64,000 nt of DNA from Narcine bancroftii (GCF_036971445.1 NC_091476.1:172980001-173044000), one strand, 5' to 3'; positions 36,065 to 51,500 are shown, counted from the stretch's first letter. Made by a program: numbers and translations. The notes: generated by a model not told the origin, from the letters alone.

Positions 36065-36578
36065 TATTCTTCCCTAACTAATTGATAGTATGTCACATCG
36101 AGGTCAGTCAACATCGACTACATTCCAGGCATCTGCCTTCATCAAATATTATGGAAAGATCTTATTTTCTTCTCGCATACCATTATCCAAACTGCCCAAT
36201 CAACTTGACATTAATTCATTTTTGCTTTTTTCTAAAATCTGATAATATTTGGTTTCAATATGCAACCTGTTCTATTAAATAGGCTGGAATCAAACTGGAA
36301 GTTCTTCACCAAAAGAGGGACATTTTAAATCCAAATTTTTCCAAAAACCCAATCAAGAAACAATAGGCCCTTGGTTATCACGTTGCACCTTTAATTATCT
36401 CAATGAGGGATGGCACCAAAGGAGCACATCACTACAGGAAGGGTAGAGACAAGGGAGTGCTGCAGGAGGGACAGTATTTCTAACCCCATGGTCTGCAGAT
36501 CGTTGACGGTCTGTGGGCTTAAGGAGTCTATTGTAAGTGAAGGAATAATTAAGAAGGTCTATGGGTGAAAAGTAAATA

Positions 36579-39535
36579 ATGGCAGGAAAAGTAAATAATG
36601 TTGTTCTTAAAGATGAGGGAAAACAGGGATTAAAAATTGGGAAATCCCTGAAATTCATATATTTTAATGCCAGAAGTATTGTAAAAAAGGTGGATGAGCT
36701 GAAGGTGTGGATTGATACTTGGAAGTATGATGTGGTAGCGATTAGTGAGACATGGTTGCAGGAGGGATGTGATTGGCAACTGAATATCCCTGAGTTTCGT
36801 TGTTTTAGGTGTGATAGAGTCGGAGGGGCAAGAGGAGGTGGGGTTGCATTGCTTGTCAGGGAAAATATTACAGCGGTGCCTAGGAAGGATAGATTAGAGG
36901 GCACATCCACGGAGGCTATTTGGGTGGAACTGAGGAGTAGGAAAGGAGAGGTTACACTTGTAGGGGTGTATTATAGACCACCCGGAGGGGACCGAGACCT
37001 AGAGGAGCAAATCTGTAGGGAGATAGTAGATATTTGTGATAAGCACAGGGTTGTAATTATGGGAGATTTTAATTTTCCACATATAGATTGGGAAACACAT
37101 TCTGTGAAAGGACTGGATGGGTTGGAGTTTGTGAAAGGTGTGCAAGATAGTTTTTTACAACAATATGTCGAGGTGCCGACCAGAGAAGGAGCAGTGTTAG
37201 ATCTACTGTTGGCAAATGGGATGGGTCAAGTGACGGAGGTTAGTGTTGGCGAGCACTTCGGGTCCAGTGACCATAATGCCATCAGCTTCAATGTCATTAT
37301 GGAAAGAGAGAAATCAGGGCCAAGGATTGAGGTTTTTGATTGGGGAAAAGCTAGATTTGAGGAGATGCGAAAGGACTTGCAGGGTGTGCATTGGGACAAT
37401 TTGTTTTATGGGCAGGATGTAGTAGAGAGATGGAAGTCTTTTAAAGATCAGATTTTGAGAGTGCAAAAGCTTTATGTTCCTGTTAGGTTAAAAGGAGGGG
37501 CAAAAGGTTTGAGAGAGCCGTGGTTTTCAAGGAATATTGGAAACTTGGTTCGAAGAAAAAGGGAGGCGTACATTAGATATAAGAAGCATGGAGTTAAGGA
37601 GATGTTTGAAAGATACATTGAATGTAAGTGGAATCTTAAGAGAGGAATTAGGAAAGCTAAAAGAAGGTACGAGAAAACTATGGCAAGCAGGGTGAAAACT
37701 AATCCAAAAGAGTTCTACAAATATGTTAATGGTAAGAGGAAAGCTAGAGACAAAATTGGTCCCTTAGAAAATCAGAGCGGAAAACTGTGTGTGGAGCCTA
37801 GAGAAATGGGGGAGATATTGAACAGTTTCTTTTCTTCGGTATTCACTAAGGAGAAGGATATTGGGAGATGTGGGATAAAAAAAGCAAATTGGGTAAATAT
37901 GGGGAATATAGAGATTACAAAAGGTGTAGTTTTAAGGCTTTTGAAGAATATAAAGGTGGATAAGTCTCCGGGACCAGACGGGATCTTCCCCAGGACATTG
38001 AGAGAAGTGAAGGAGGAAATAGCAGAGGCTCTGGCGGTAATTTTCCAAATGTCATTAGATATGGGGATAGTGCCGGAGGATTGGCGCATTGCGCATGTGG
38101 TTCCGTTATTTAAAAAGGGTTCAAGGAGGAAGCCTGGCAACTATCGGCCTGTAAGTTTGGTGTCTGTGGTAGGTAAATTAATGGAGAAAATTCTTAGAGA
38201 TAGTACTTATAAACATCTGGATAGACAGGGTCTGATCAGGAGCACTCAACATGGATTTGTGGGAGGAAGGTCATGTTTGACCAATCTGATTGAATTTTTT
38301 GAAGAGGTGACTAGGAATGTGGATGAGGGTAGCGCAGTGGATGTTGTCTATATGGACTTCAGTAAGGCCTTCGATAAGGTACCACATGGAAGGTTAGTTC
38401 GGAAGGTGCAGTGTTTAGGTATAAATTTTAAGATAGTCAAATGGATTGAACATTGGCTGAAAGGGAGAGGCCAGAGAGTGGTAGTGGATAATTGTCTGTC
38501 AGGTTGGAGGCCGGTGACCAGTGGTGTGCCTCAAGGATCTGTATTGGGCCCATTGTTGTTCGTTATATACATTAATGATCTAGATGATGGGGTGGTGAAT
38601 TGGATTAGTAAATATGCAGACGATACTAAGATAGGTGGAATAGTGGATAATGAAGAAGGTTTTCAAGGATTGCAGAGGGATTTGGGCTGCTTAGAAAGTG
38701 GGCTGAAAAATGGCAGATGGAATTTAATGCTGATAAGTGTGAGGTGCTTCATTTTGGTAAGAAGAATCAGAATAGGACATACGTGGTAAATGGGAGAGCA
38801 TTGAGGAATACAGAAGAGCAGAAAGATTTAGGAGTGACGGTACATCATTCCCTGAAGGTAGAAACTCACGTGAATAGGGTGGTGAAGAAGGCTTTTAGTA
38901 TGCTGGCCTTTATCAATCATTGCATGGAATATAGGAGTTGGGAGGTGATGTTGAGATTGTATAAGACGTTGGTGCGGCCTAATTTGGAGTTCTGTATGCA
39001 GTTCTGGTCGCCTAATTATAGGAAGGATATAAACAGAGTGGAGAGAGTGCAGAGAAGGTTTACCAGAATGTTGCCTGGGTTTAAGCATCTGGAGTATGGG
39101 GAGAGATTGGACAGATTGGGTCTTTATTCTTTGGAGCGTAGAAGGTTGAGAGGGGATTTGATAGAAGTATTTAAGATTATGAAAGGGATAGACAGAATGG
39201 ATATGGATAGACTATTTCTGTTAAGAGGAGGAAAGATTAAAACAAGAGGACGTGAGTTAAGAATTAAGGGGCAGAGGTTTAGAGGTAACATGAGGGGGAA
39301 CTTCTTTACTCAGAGAGTGGTAGCCGTGTGGAATGAGCTTCCGGGAGAAATGGTGGCGGCGGAGTCAATTGTATTATTTAAGAAAAGGTTGGACAGGTAT
39401 ATGGATGAGAAGAAGATGGAGGGTTATGGGCATTGTGCAGGGAGGTGGGACTAGAAAGGGGTGTTTGGTTCGGTGTGGACTAGAAGGGCCTAATGGCCTG
39501 TTTCCGTGCTGTAATTGTTATATGTTATATGTTTT
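36579..39535 (+). mobile_element. Young CR1 LINE with almost intact ORF2 (APE endonuclease + RT), one frameshift at ~38695
   Basis: YFNARSI, ETWL, GDFN and SDH endonuclease motifs; QHGF, DFSKAFD, GVPQGSVLGP and YADD RT motifs; (GTTATAT)n tail. ORFs 36579-38789 and 38717-39454 are joined by a 1-nt indel. Confidence 0.96.
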
Positions 39536-40925
39536 ATAAAAATGACTGAGAATCTCTAGTCTAAGCGATCAGGCATCAAACATAAAGATAAGTAGGATTG
39601 GACAAGAAGGGAATCTTCCTGAAAACCAGAATTTAGTTTGTTTATTCCTCACATTACACATAGCATGGTAAGAAAGGTTCTTCTGTGATCAATCCAACAA
39701 GTTATCTCACATTAAAAAGGACTACAATTACAGACTATTGATTTATAAATGAAAACTACAATCAATTACTACCAATTAAGGGAAGCAAGATACCACTTTT
39801 GTGGGGTTCATTCAGAAGCTTTTAAGCCCAATGGTGCACACTTCCATACTTGAGCCTTTTACCTGATAAGAGGAGGGAGTGTGTCTGGAGTGCAATGGAT
39901 TCTTCAGTATGTTGACTGCCTTTCCTTGGCAGTAGGGGATAGCAGTGGTCCTCAACCTTTTTATTTCCATTCACATTCCACTGTAAGTAATCCCTATTCA
40001 ATCAGTGCTCGGTGGTTAGTCAGGGATGGCTTAAGGTGGGATGTGAGTGGGAAGGGAAGGTTGAGAATCACTGCTCTAGACCCAATCGTTACTGAAATAT
40101 GTTGCTTGAGAAGAATTGTCATTGGCCCATTTCCTTTGGAGTTATGAAACTGTGCACATAACGAGTCAATAAGGGACGATTAAAACAGGGGTTTTAAACT
40201 TTTTAATAAACCAATCTGATCATTAGAAATAATGCAGGGAAGATTTTCCAACCTGCTAGCTAAAATTTTAGAAATTTAATATCAACATTTAATAGTGATA
40301 TCTATTTAATAAATGTCTTTAAGTATTGAAGAAATTGATGCCTCGTTAAAAAGAAAGTTGATGAGAGGGGAAGGATTAGAAACAATGGAATAATTTGTTG
40401 GAAGGAATGAGTTTTGTGGAAGTAATGAGTTCCCTGGGACAAGGGTAGCTGGAACAATCCATGGTATAGCGGAGGATGGAGCTGGAAAATGGGCGACAAT
40501 TCATCTCATGTGGCCTGATAAGATTGAAAATGTTGCCAACTGTTTTCTGCCCATTGTCGATTTTGTGTTTGCTTAATTATGAGTTAGACATTGTGATTTT
40601 GTCTACATAAATAGTTTTCAATGGTTCCCTTTATTGTCATGTAAATAATACATTAAAAATTTATTATGCATGATCCATTTCAACATTTGTCTGCTGTAGG
40701 GCAACAAAAGAGCCACCAGGATCGTTGCCCAGTGTCCCTAACAATAATGACAGGAAAAAGAGAAGCAAAAGAGTCCCTTCGGAGATGCTGAGCATCCATG
40801 GATTCACCTCCAGTACTCCTGCACTCTCTGCAGCCACATAGACTCCATTTCAAACCATTGGCAATCTGAGCTCCACAACCAAACCTCCTTATGTAATCAG
40901 GAAGCCTGAAGCACACGAAACCCAA

Positions 40926-43900
40926 ATGAAATCAGTTGAGAAATTTTTGATAAGTTTCCTTCGTTTTGCACTTACCACTACCCATTTAAAAAGTAGAGTA
41001 GTAAAAATTGAATATTTGGCTAGACTTTTATCAGATTATTTGCCATTAACTTTAACTATTGCAATAATGGAAAAACAAGAAAGTGTGTATGGATGGTATT
41101 TCATTGAAAATCTCTAGGGGAGGATTGGTTTCCTCCCAAACTCTGCAGAAAATTTAAAGTTCCCTCTTATAATGGATGTATTGGACCAGGTGGTGGAGAC
41201 CAGACCCTTCCCCGAATCTTTCTCAACTGCTGTAATTACAGTGCTACCTAAGAAAAGTGGAAACCCATTAAAAACTTCATCATATAGACCTATATCACTC
41301 CTTAATCCTGATTTTAAAATATTGGCAAAAACATTAGCTCATAGACTGGAACAATGTCTACTAAAATTAATACATAGAGATTTGTCAAAGGAAGACATTC
41401 TTCAACTAGTCTAAGTAGACTATTATAATACATATGGCAAAAATCAAACTTGAATCCAAGTATGACCATCTCCCTAGATGCAGAAAAAGCATTTGATTGA
41501 TTAGAATGGTCTTTCTTATTTAAAACATTGGAAAAATTTGGTATAGGCAGAAAATTTATAAACTGGTTAATAACTCTATTAGTTATAATTTTGGCTTGTA
41601 GTTTATGATAATCAGATGTCAGTGTTTTTTACTTTGAGTAGATTGAATAGACAGGGATGTCCTCAGTCTCTGGTGCTTTTTATCCTAGCCATTGAGCCAC
41701 TGGCAGAGATTAAAAGAAGAGGTCCAGATATTAAGGGCTTCAAAGTTGGACAGGAAGAATATAAAATTAATTTATATGCTGATAATGTGCTATTATATAT
41801 GTCTGATCCAGCTGAATCCTTGATAAAATTACGAACAACATCAGAAAAATATGGAATACAAGGTTATAAAATAAATATGGAGAAGAGTGAGATAACGCCA
41901 TTGAAATTTTTTGATTATGAAAGATATCAAAAAGATAAATTAAAATGGATATTAAATGGAATGAATTTTTTTGGAATAATGACATAATAATTCACAGAAC
42001 TTGTATAAATTTAATTACACTCCTCTTTCATAAAAAAATAGAAAGATATACAGTAGTGGAAAGGCCTGCCAATTACTCTAGTGGGAAGAGTAAATTGTAT
42101 TAAAATGAATCTGACGCCAAGATTACAGTATTTTTTCAATAGTTGCCTATTGCACTACCTACATTTAAAAAAATTATTGAATAAATACATAATGCAATTC
42201 CTATGGAATAATAGTGTCAAGAATTTCATTGAAAAAGCTAACATGGGAGAGGACTTGCTCTTCCAGACATTAAAAAATACTATTTAACAGCACAAGCAAG
42301 ACTTTTATCATTTTTTTTTAAAAAGAAGACAGACCCTCTTCTTGGATCTGAACAGGATTGAATTCAATAGAAGTGGAATGTTAAGTTAATAAAAAAAAAA
42401 TGGATAACCCTATATTAATACACATGATTAGAATATGGCAAGAGATAAATGAGTGTATTGGGAAAAAAGGAACATTAAGAACACCATTATGTAAAAACGT
42501 ACCGCTGCCTATGAATCTAGGTTACAAAATATCGAATTTATGGTACGATAAAGGAATGACATATTGATGATTGTTTATATGGAGGGATCTCATGTCTTTT
42601 GAACAGTTAAGAAATAAACAAGGAGTGCCTAATGGGACTTTCTTTTGTTTACTCCAGCTAAGATTGTTCCCAAGAGAAAGGTGGGGGCCAAGTTTGGCCC
42701 CACTTGAAATTAGTGAAATGGAATGAACGATTTGGCTGGGGAAACACACTTAAATTTATATTTAAGATGTACTTTGCTCTCCAGCATGAAAGTGCAAAAC
42801 CAGATTTACAGAGATCAAGAGAGAGATGGGAGCCGGATCGAAGTGTAGCAACAATGGGAAGATGTTGGTCTGATTGGTGTTTGGATAGCATAACATCAAT
42901 TATAAATGCAAGATACAGATTAGTGCAATATAATGTCCCACATCAATTCTATCTTGCACAGAAGTTGCATCAATCAAAATACAAAATATTGGAAATGTGT
43001 TTTAATGTGGGATAGAAATAAGAATGTTTTTACATGTTGCATAATCGTGTGTGAAGGTTAGACCTTTCTGGCAAGATATTACTGAAATATTAATACGGAT
43101 AAAAGGTCTAACCTTCACACACGACTATGCAACATGTAAAAACATTCCTATTTCCTTCGTAGATGATCCAGACCGTTACCTTTTGGGCAACTATATTGTA
43201 ATAAATTCAAAATTTTATTTGTTAAATAATTAGCAGTGGCTAAGAAATGTATTGCAATTACTTGGAAATCTGACTCCCCTCTCCAGATAGCACGATGGAC
43301 TGCTGAGATAAATAGTTGCATACCTATGGAAAAAAATTACATCCAACTGAAAGAACAAATATGACAGATTTATTAAAATATCAGAGCTGTATTTGGACCA
43401 TGTAGGGCCTCAATTGTAATTATAAAAAGGACAATAAAGCAAATGACTTCCCCATATATAATTTTTGATAACCAACATAAATGTGAGCCCTGACGGTATG
43501 TGGATTTATATTGTGAAGTGGGGGGGGGGGGGGAAGGAGAGAGGGGGTTTTTGTTTTGTTTTTTAAAAAAAATAAGTTTAATTTTTATATATATTTAATA
43601 TTAAAGGCTTTTTCTAAGTATTTATTATATATATATATAAAAATATAAAATATTTTTAAAGAATTTCTCATTTGGGTGAGGATCAGCCTTCATCATGAAG
43701 GCTGATCCATGGCTTTCCAGTGTTAGTTTTTTTTCTTTTGGATTAGTACAGGGGGTTTTGAACTATAAAGTCTATTTTTTTTTAAAATTTGAGAAAGGGG
43801 AGATGAAGACTTATTATTTAACGGGTTGTTGTATATGGTAATCTTTTCAATCACACATCCTTATTCTCTCCATGCATCGTCTATTGTATGTGTTATATTA

Positions 43901-43930
43901 AAGCAATAAAAAGATTGAAAAATAAAACAT
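40926..43930 (+). mobile_element. Degenerate L1-clade LINE ORF2 plus 3' end
   Basis: SYRPISLLNPDFKILAK, LDAEKAFD, RQGCPQS and LYADN motifs with many stops. A-rich tail after AATAAA. Confidence 0.88.
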
Positions 43931-44476
43931 GCTTTTGTGTTTTCCAGTTCTGATGATCATTGACCTGAAGCATTACCTCATTACAGAGATACATAATCTT
44001 TTAATTACTCTGGGACTGACTTACTTATAGATTGTGGCCATTAAATTGGTTTAGTCGGGGCAATTATTGCCTGAATGCTAACATTTCCAGATCAGCAGGT
44101 TAGGGAAATCATTTTTTTTTAAATTGCAAATCATAGACATTTAATACAACCTACAGTTGTTCCTTCTAACCCACATCAGTGCTACTACATTGATCCAAAG
44201 AATCTATCCCTGCATATTGATTACTTCAGATATGTTCTATGTGCAATAATACACATTACTAAGAAGGGCTCTTGAATCAGAACTGATGTATTTATTGCAC
44301 ATTGATCCATTAAAAGCATGCATGTATTCACAATAAGGTCACTGCCAATATAACCTTCAAAAATAATAAGTGAATCTGGTTTGATCAACACACACCCAAC
44401 TGTGCTACAGCACAAATTCTTGGATTAGCCACCTTTCTGTAGAGGAGCTGACCCCCTGGAAGAGATGGGCAGGATT

Positions 44477-45230
44477 CACTGGACAATGAAGATTTTGCTT
44501 TCTCAACACTTGTGTGGATTTTGGGGTGCAGATCACAAAAATCACCTTAAAACTTTCCTATCATGTACCGTATTTCAGATATACCTTTTTTTTTTTAAAT
44601 GATTTCATGCCATATTTAAAGTCTATTAGTATTGTTTTGGTCAGTCCAAGCATGCCTGAGCATGCACTCAGTGCAGGTTCGAAGATCTGCTTGTGAGGTT
44701 GGAAAAAATAGCTTGGAAGGCATTTAAAGATGTTTTGAGAATTTTCTTGGCATCGACAGAGCAGCAAACTACATCCAGTTGATTGACAACGTGCTTCAAA
44801 CCTACAAAACTACGAAGTGCAACATGTCATTGAAAACTCATTTTCTGTGTTCTCTCTTGGACCTCTTCCCTGCTGATCCAAGTGGTCAGTGACCAACGTG
44901 GTGAAAGTTTTCATCATGACATTGTGACCATGGAAAAGCATTTTCAGGGCAACTAATATTCATTAATGCGAGCCGACTATTGTCGGACTCTGACATGAAA
45001 GGCATCAGCTGCTGAGTACAAACGTAAATCAGCGGCAAAACATGTTTACCCGTTGAACAATGTGATTAAACATTGTCTATTCAATAAAAGTTAATTTACT
45101 GCTTCTCTGACTTCCTACTTGATACAGCAAATCGGAAATCATCTTTGTGTTCATCTTGAAGTTGACCATCATAATCTCCAATTTATTTCTTTCAGGAAAT
45201 AAACCTTTTGAAACATTTTGTTGTCCAGTG
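44477..45230 (+). mobile_element. Internally deleted Chapaev3 (CMC) DNA transposon
   Basis: TIRs CACTGGACAA / TTGTCCAGTG. Degenerate AWKAFKDV..NFLG, CNMSLKTHFL, SDQRGESFHHDIVTMEK and ADYC motifs. Confidence 0.75.
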
Positions 45231-45599
45231 TTCTTGGAAAGTTGAATTGTCTGTTTATCAATCAGATGATAGCAAATGGGATGAATAATATTGACAAAAG
45301 GATACCTGGTTGAAGAAGGTCTTAAATAATTTGGCCTCATCTCCAAATGTACGCTCTAGATTCTGTGATTTTTTTTTCCCCCAATGTTTTTCCTTGATCA
45401 TTTTACTTTATATAGTGAGAGCAGATACAAATGGGTCATAATTATTAGAATTATTCATTTTAACTAAAAATTCTACCAACCATTTACATTAGGATCAGGT
45501 TAAGCAAAAAAAATGAAGGCACAATTAAAGTAGGAGATTTTGTCAGGGATTTGTAAGCAAAAATAATTATGATCTTGCAATAAAACACTTCCTTATCAA

Positions 45600-48500
45600 T
45601 AATAAGTCAGTATTTATTAATCAGGCTCTTATGCATTATATTGCTCAATTTCAAAAATGTTAAATTTTCCACATTAGCAGATATTCCAAACCAAAGTACA
45701 ATATTAATTTAGTACAAAAACAAGCAATTCAGCAAACATTTTTTTTTACATTTACATTCTCCAAAAATACAAATCCATTGTTATTCCTCACTCTTTGGGT
45801 TTTGGAGACATTCTCTTCCTTTGGAAGCAACTGTAACATTTTATTTTCTGTTTTCACTTCAGAATTCAGGAATGAAGACATTCCCAATTACACATTTAAA
45901 TATATTCTTTAATATAGTACATGCTGCATAATTTATCTCCAATTTTCCTGCCCCAAACCCTTGGCTTCACATGTAAGGCCCATGGAATATTAGAAAAAAA
46001 AAGCACTAGAATTTTATCTTTTTTCACTGTACAAGCTACGTAGGTGATGTGCTTAGCTTTTTTGAAGTTGCATATGGAGTCAAGTTGCAACAGTTCAACA
46101 CAAGCCAATTGTGCTGTATCAACATGTGACTGGATATATACATTATATTGTGTGCAGCTTAAATATTGCAAGGTCCATAGCAAAGGGCTCATTTTATTCT
46201 CATCATGTTGGCCATTTGTATCTTTAAACATTAACCAATTACCAAAAGTATCAATCTTCAGGATATGAGCATCGTGTCCAGAGCCCTGTGCCTGGTAAAG
46301 ACAACATTTTGAAAGAATACATGTTTAAATTAATCAGGTAAGCAGAATTTAAAGTAGCTTTTCCCTAAAGGAGGAGTACATCCAATTATTGATCTGCAAA
46401 GTCATATTTCAGCTCCTATGGTATTGTTGATTTCAGCCACTGCTCCAGGACAGAATCTTTCATTTTTCCAACATTTTTATAAATATAGAGATATGAAAAA
46501 AAATTCAGGTAGAATTCCAGCAGGGCTGCCAAAAAGGAAGTTGTCCCTAAAGGAAAGGATATTCCAAAAGATCCAAAAATTACATGATACACAAACATAG
46601 TTTCCTTGTTATAGCGAAGTTAAAAAAAAACAAATAGTTATTGGTGGTGATATTTATCCTCAACATGTAATAAATCTAGCTAACAAAAGGCTCAGCGGTC
46701 TCTGCTGCCCATTTTACTAGGTTCTCAATAGAAACACTAGCCAACTTGAATGGATGTGGAGCATTCCCAGAGTTTTAAAATAACCAAGTTGGCACGAAAA
46801 ACTCAAGAGTATATTCAAGCCCATGTAGACAGATATATTTCTGTCACACCTACACAATATATTGTCCCTGTGGCTCCAAATTATAAATCTATTCAGTAAT
46901 ATAGCCATTCTGCCTCAGTCTCCCTGAAGATCCTGATGTTGACATTTCTGTTCATTTCACTGTGTTAGCTTACCAGTGTAGGCAAGACAATCCTGATTGG
47001 TTCAACCAGCTGTTGTGCAATAAAATTAAAACACTTGAAACCAGCGCATGTTATGCAATATTTTATCCTAATATATCTTTCTAAACCAAAATTCAGAAAA
47101 CAGTTTCTGCAACAGTTGTCCAGTTAAATGATTATTCAAAGAAACAAAGTGGTTTGATTCCCAGATTGCATAGAGCCTCCTAAAAGCAGCAGTAGTACGA
47201 ACAAGCAGACAATACAGCTACAGTAAACAAACATGAAAAGAACTAATATTTTGAGAATGTAATCACATTACTATCCCTTGAACTCATCCCCTAATGCTCG
47301 CATTAATAGACATTTTTTCAAATTATCTACAATACAAAATGACAATCTATTCTTTATACAATCACAATATTTCAAAAGTAATATGTACAAATTAAAGCAA
47401 AATTTACACAGATTTTTGCAATACAAGAGTGCGAGAAGAGCACACAATTGCAAATTAATTAACCTAAAGTGCTTCAACTTAAAGATTTTTTTTTAAATTG
47501 CAAGAGACTAATAATTTTTCTCATGTGTGCATATATTAAACTCAATAGATATTTTGGATGAAATTTTAGTTCAGCAATTAAACATTACCATAGAATAATA
47601 CTCCATCACAATTTTTTAAAACCCTCAAAATATTCAATGTTTTTAAGAGCTTTCAAATTGGATTAAAAGAGGTTTCAAGAGATGGAGGAAGAATGGGTGG
47701 AGGGCAGAATAAAAGATGCTTGATGGATCATCAGTAGAGAGGATTTGCTAACTTCTAAAGCATACTAAAGGTCACTTAAACCAGACAAGATAGTTGTCAT
47801 TACCACAAGATTTTAGCATAGAGTTGTTCTATTACCTTAAAACATGATTTTTCAGATAGCTACCACAATTTCTTTACTCTGAGAGGTAACTATGATAAAG
47901 TTTAATGTTGTATGTTGCACTTGGGTGAAAATGACAAACCCAATGCACTGCACAAATGGCCCATTTCTATACCTCATTTGATAAATCAATAGGGATGCAA
48001 AACGTAACTGAACTCATAAGACTGCAAGTTGGATCAGTGAACCTACACGAGCTATAAATCGACAACATTCTAACTCTAGGCTTTGAAAAGCAAAACAGTG
48101 ATGCCGCCCATAGCAGTGTTCCTCACTACATTAGGGGGTCAGGAAAGCCTCAACACAGAAACAAAAGAATCAACATTCATTACAACATCAGTGCATCAAA
48201 AATTAGGTCTTACAGTAAGGTGCATAAAGTATATCCAGCCAGAAGCCCAAGAGATATAGAGGTGGATTTGTCTGAAACCAAAATACATTACTTTTAACCT
48301 TAAAATGCCCTACTGCCATTTTAGTTTTGATATTATGCTAATGGCTAGAACAAGGGAAAGCAATTACAGCTGCAGCTCCTCAGTTTCAACTTTCCATTAA
48401 ATATGATGTGTTTTTTTCTTAAACTCCTTGCAAGTGGATGGGTCTCTGAATAGTTTGACACGCATGCTTAGGCCAATGGTTTGTTCCCGGCTGACTTTTT

Positions 48501-51500
48501 AAGTTTGTTTTCAGACGGCCTGGTCACTGATTTTCTCAAAATATTCTGGATCAACAAGTTTACGGGGAATTTACAAAACGACATCATCTCCAAGATGGCC
48601 ACTCATCTGTTTCACACTTCTTGCAAAACCAAGTAATGCTTTAATTGCTTGTCAACTGGAATATTACAAGTTACTCACTCATCCTATGAAGTGAAAATAT
48701 TATTTGGACTCTAACTACAATGCACCTAGAGATCCACAGATTTGAGGGGTTGAACAAGAGTCAAGAATAAAAAAAAAGTGCTTGTTGAAGATGGTGCTCA
48801 CATCCTGATGGAAATTGGGTATTAAACTTTATCTTAAGCACATCATAGGTTCTCCAGCCAGGGAGAACGATAACACACATTTACAGACTCAGGACACGGG
48901 ATTGTAATGGGTGGAAGGGGAAGAGGCAATCTTATCTCTGAAATGAATATCCAATCCCCAATTTTTAATCTCACTACCCCCTCCCCACCTGATGCAAGAT
49001 CACAGCATTTAAAAACTTAAATCTTCACAATTTGGAGTGAAGGGGATGCACTGAGAGACTGAATTTGTATAGCTTTTACACTTAACAAATGAGACATTTG
49101 TTTATAATTAGATATAGTTTTATAATTGGATAAAACCTCAAATCTGCAAATCAATTTTAAAATCAAGAATTAGTTCATCATCCAGGAATCTGCTGTGTTT
49201 TTCCTTTTGATCATTTAAGCAGGAAAAATTGCAACCACTCGATGGCACTAATAAACTCGATGGCACTAATAAACGGCAATGATAACTACCTTATTTGTGG
49301 ACTGGGAAATAACGTCACTCTCACTACTTTAGATTTTCGATGTGTACTATTTAAAAAAAACACTATACTTTGAAAGCCTTACTCACCATGACATTAAACT
49401 ATGTGTGCATTTGAATTCAAATTCCACTACAGTTTAAACATAAATTCAGTCAAGTCAGTATGGTCTTCCTTTATACTTGCTTTACATTAAGCTGATTTTG
49501 AATGAAAGCATTGACTAAAATTATATCAGTTGATGCATTCCTAATCATCAATTTTGATTAGTGAAAGTAGTAAAATTAGAATGGTTTGAAAATACTTCAT
49601 AATTTTATTCACAAATTATTTCACCAATGTTACTGTTTTACGTACAGATCTTTGTTGCTTTTTACTGAAAGCAAATTTTTATCATTCTCATTGAATTCTA
49701 ATGAAACATGTTCAAAGCTCAATGTATATTACTGATTTAAATTTTCCATGTCTCTATTTCTTCTGCATTGCCCCATCATTCTGCTTTTTTTTTATAAAGT
49801 CAATTTATTCAAAACCAATATCAACATTGTTTTAAAAGGACAATGAACAATTTCTAAAGATGTTGTTCAATGTCTGCAATTCAAAGTTTATTCAGAAGAT
49901 TCACATGAATTCTATCAATTGTACTTTTAAACTCCTGACTTTTAAAGACTGAATAAAAAGACAATTTAAAATACAGCTATGGAAAATACCTAATAATTTA
50001 AATTTTGTAGAGTAAAATAAAACTAAGGATAATGGAGCAAACTTCTTGGATTAAATACCGAAGTCCAAATACTGAAAGTCGTACAGTTCAAACATCATAC
50101 CCTTCATTATATATATTTTGCAAGTCACCAGAATAGTTTGTAAGGGGTGATGGATTTTCAAGGTACTAGAATGAAATATTTGCAGGGCTTGCCTGACGGA
50201 AAGAGAAGGGGATCATTTACTGAGTACAGCATATTGGAGGGACCTGATAATAATTCAATGGGCTGAATGGCATTTTCCATATTCAATGAACTACAATTCA
50301 ACATGAGTTCCCCAATGGAAACACCGTAGCAGAACACTAACCTACACTGCACATCAGAGACGTCAATCTTAACCACACTGCCTTGTTCAAAGGATTTGTG
50401 AAAGTTGAGCACTTTGGCACAGGAATGAAGACTAAAGTTGGTATTAGTAACTCAAAGAATGCCTTGGCTGCCACTGTTAAAAAAGCCACTTTATGTGCAG
50501 ATAAATAACACCTTCCCCATGGAACTGAATTTATGTTGACCATAACAGCTACATTGTCTACACCTCAAATATCAATAGAAGTTCAAGAACAAATTCAAGT
50601 TTCCTCCACCATCAATCGCATTGGTCAAACAAACAGCAGTTTTTTCCAATGTGTTGCAGTTGAATCCAAAAGCATGGGAAAGAAATAAGTCCACCACCAC
50701 CAACTGCTTCAATTTAAATTCAGTGAAATGAGAAAGTATGGATGTTGAGGGAATACCAGAGGACAACTGAGTGAGAAAGTGAATGAGGAAAGATTAATAA
50801 AGTAGAGGTTTAACATTTACCATTTGAAGAAGCAAAAGCACCCCACACATGGAAAGCCAGTATCTGAACATTTACCAAGACTCCTTGGTTCCAATCATTT
50901 AATCAACAAATAAAAACTGGAAGTCAGTTATTTTCACATCGCTGCTGAATCTCTCATGAATAGTGTTCAAATTAAATTCTCACGATAAAAGAAAATATTT
51001 TATCTGGATTTTGATCAATTACAGTAAATGACCTGCAAATAACCACCACAGCTAATTCAATAGGAAAGCAAATCTATTAGTATGGCTTTACACTTCCCAG
51101 TGCTAATTACACTAAATTAATAGTCCATCAAAATAGATTTTGATATCTGTATTATAAAATGACACCAGAATAAACTCTGAATACAAACAATCATTTAATT
51201 ACATTTTAATTGCACCTTCCAGCTAAGTAACACCAAAACAAAAATTGCTGTTATTGCACAAACTTACCAAGGAAAAATTTTAGGCAATTGATTGAAATCT
51301 CTTTTCCAAATTACAGTCAACTCCTCTTAATTCAGAACTTCACTTTGCTCTTATTTTTTTTAAATTCAACCTAGTGAACATTTGAATATTTGTTTAGCTC
51401 AGAAACTGAAACAGTTGTCTGAAGCAGACTGATTTTTTTTCATATAAACAGGTCACTGAAAAGATTCAGAATCTGCAGTCGTTTCATGATACCACCTAAA

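Noticed and set aside
49237-49274. 19-bp tandem duplication (ACTCGATGGCACTAATAA-type); similar duplication at ~52688-52733
   Set aside because: Ordinary slippage duplications with no further structure.
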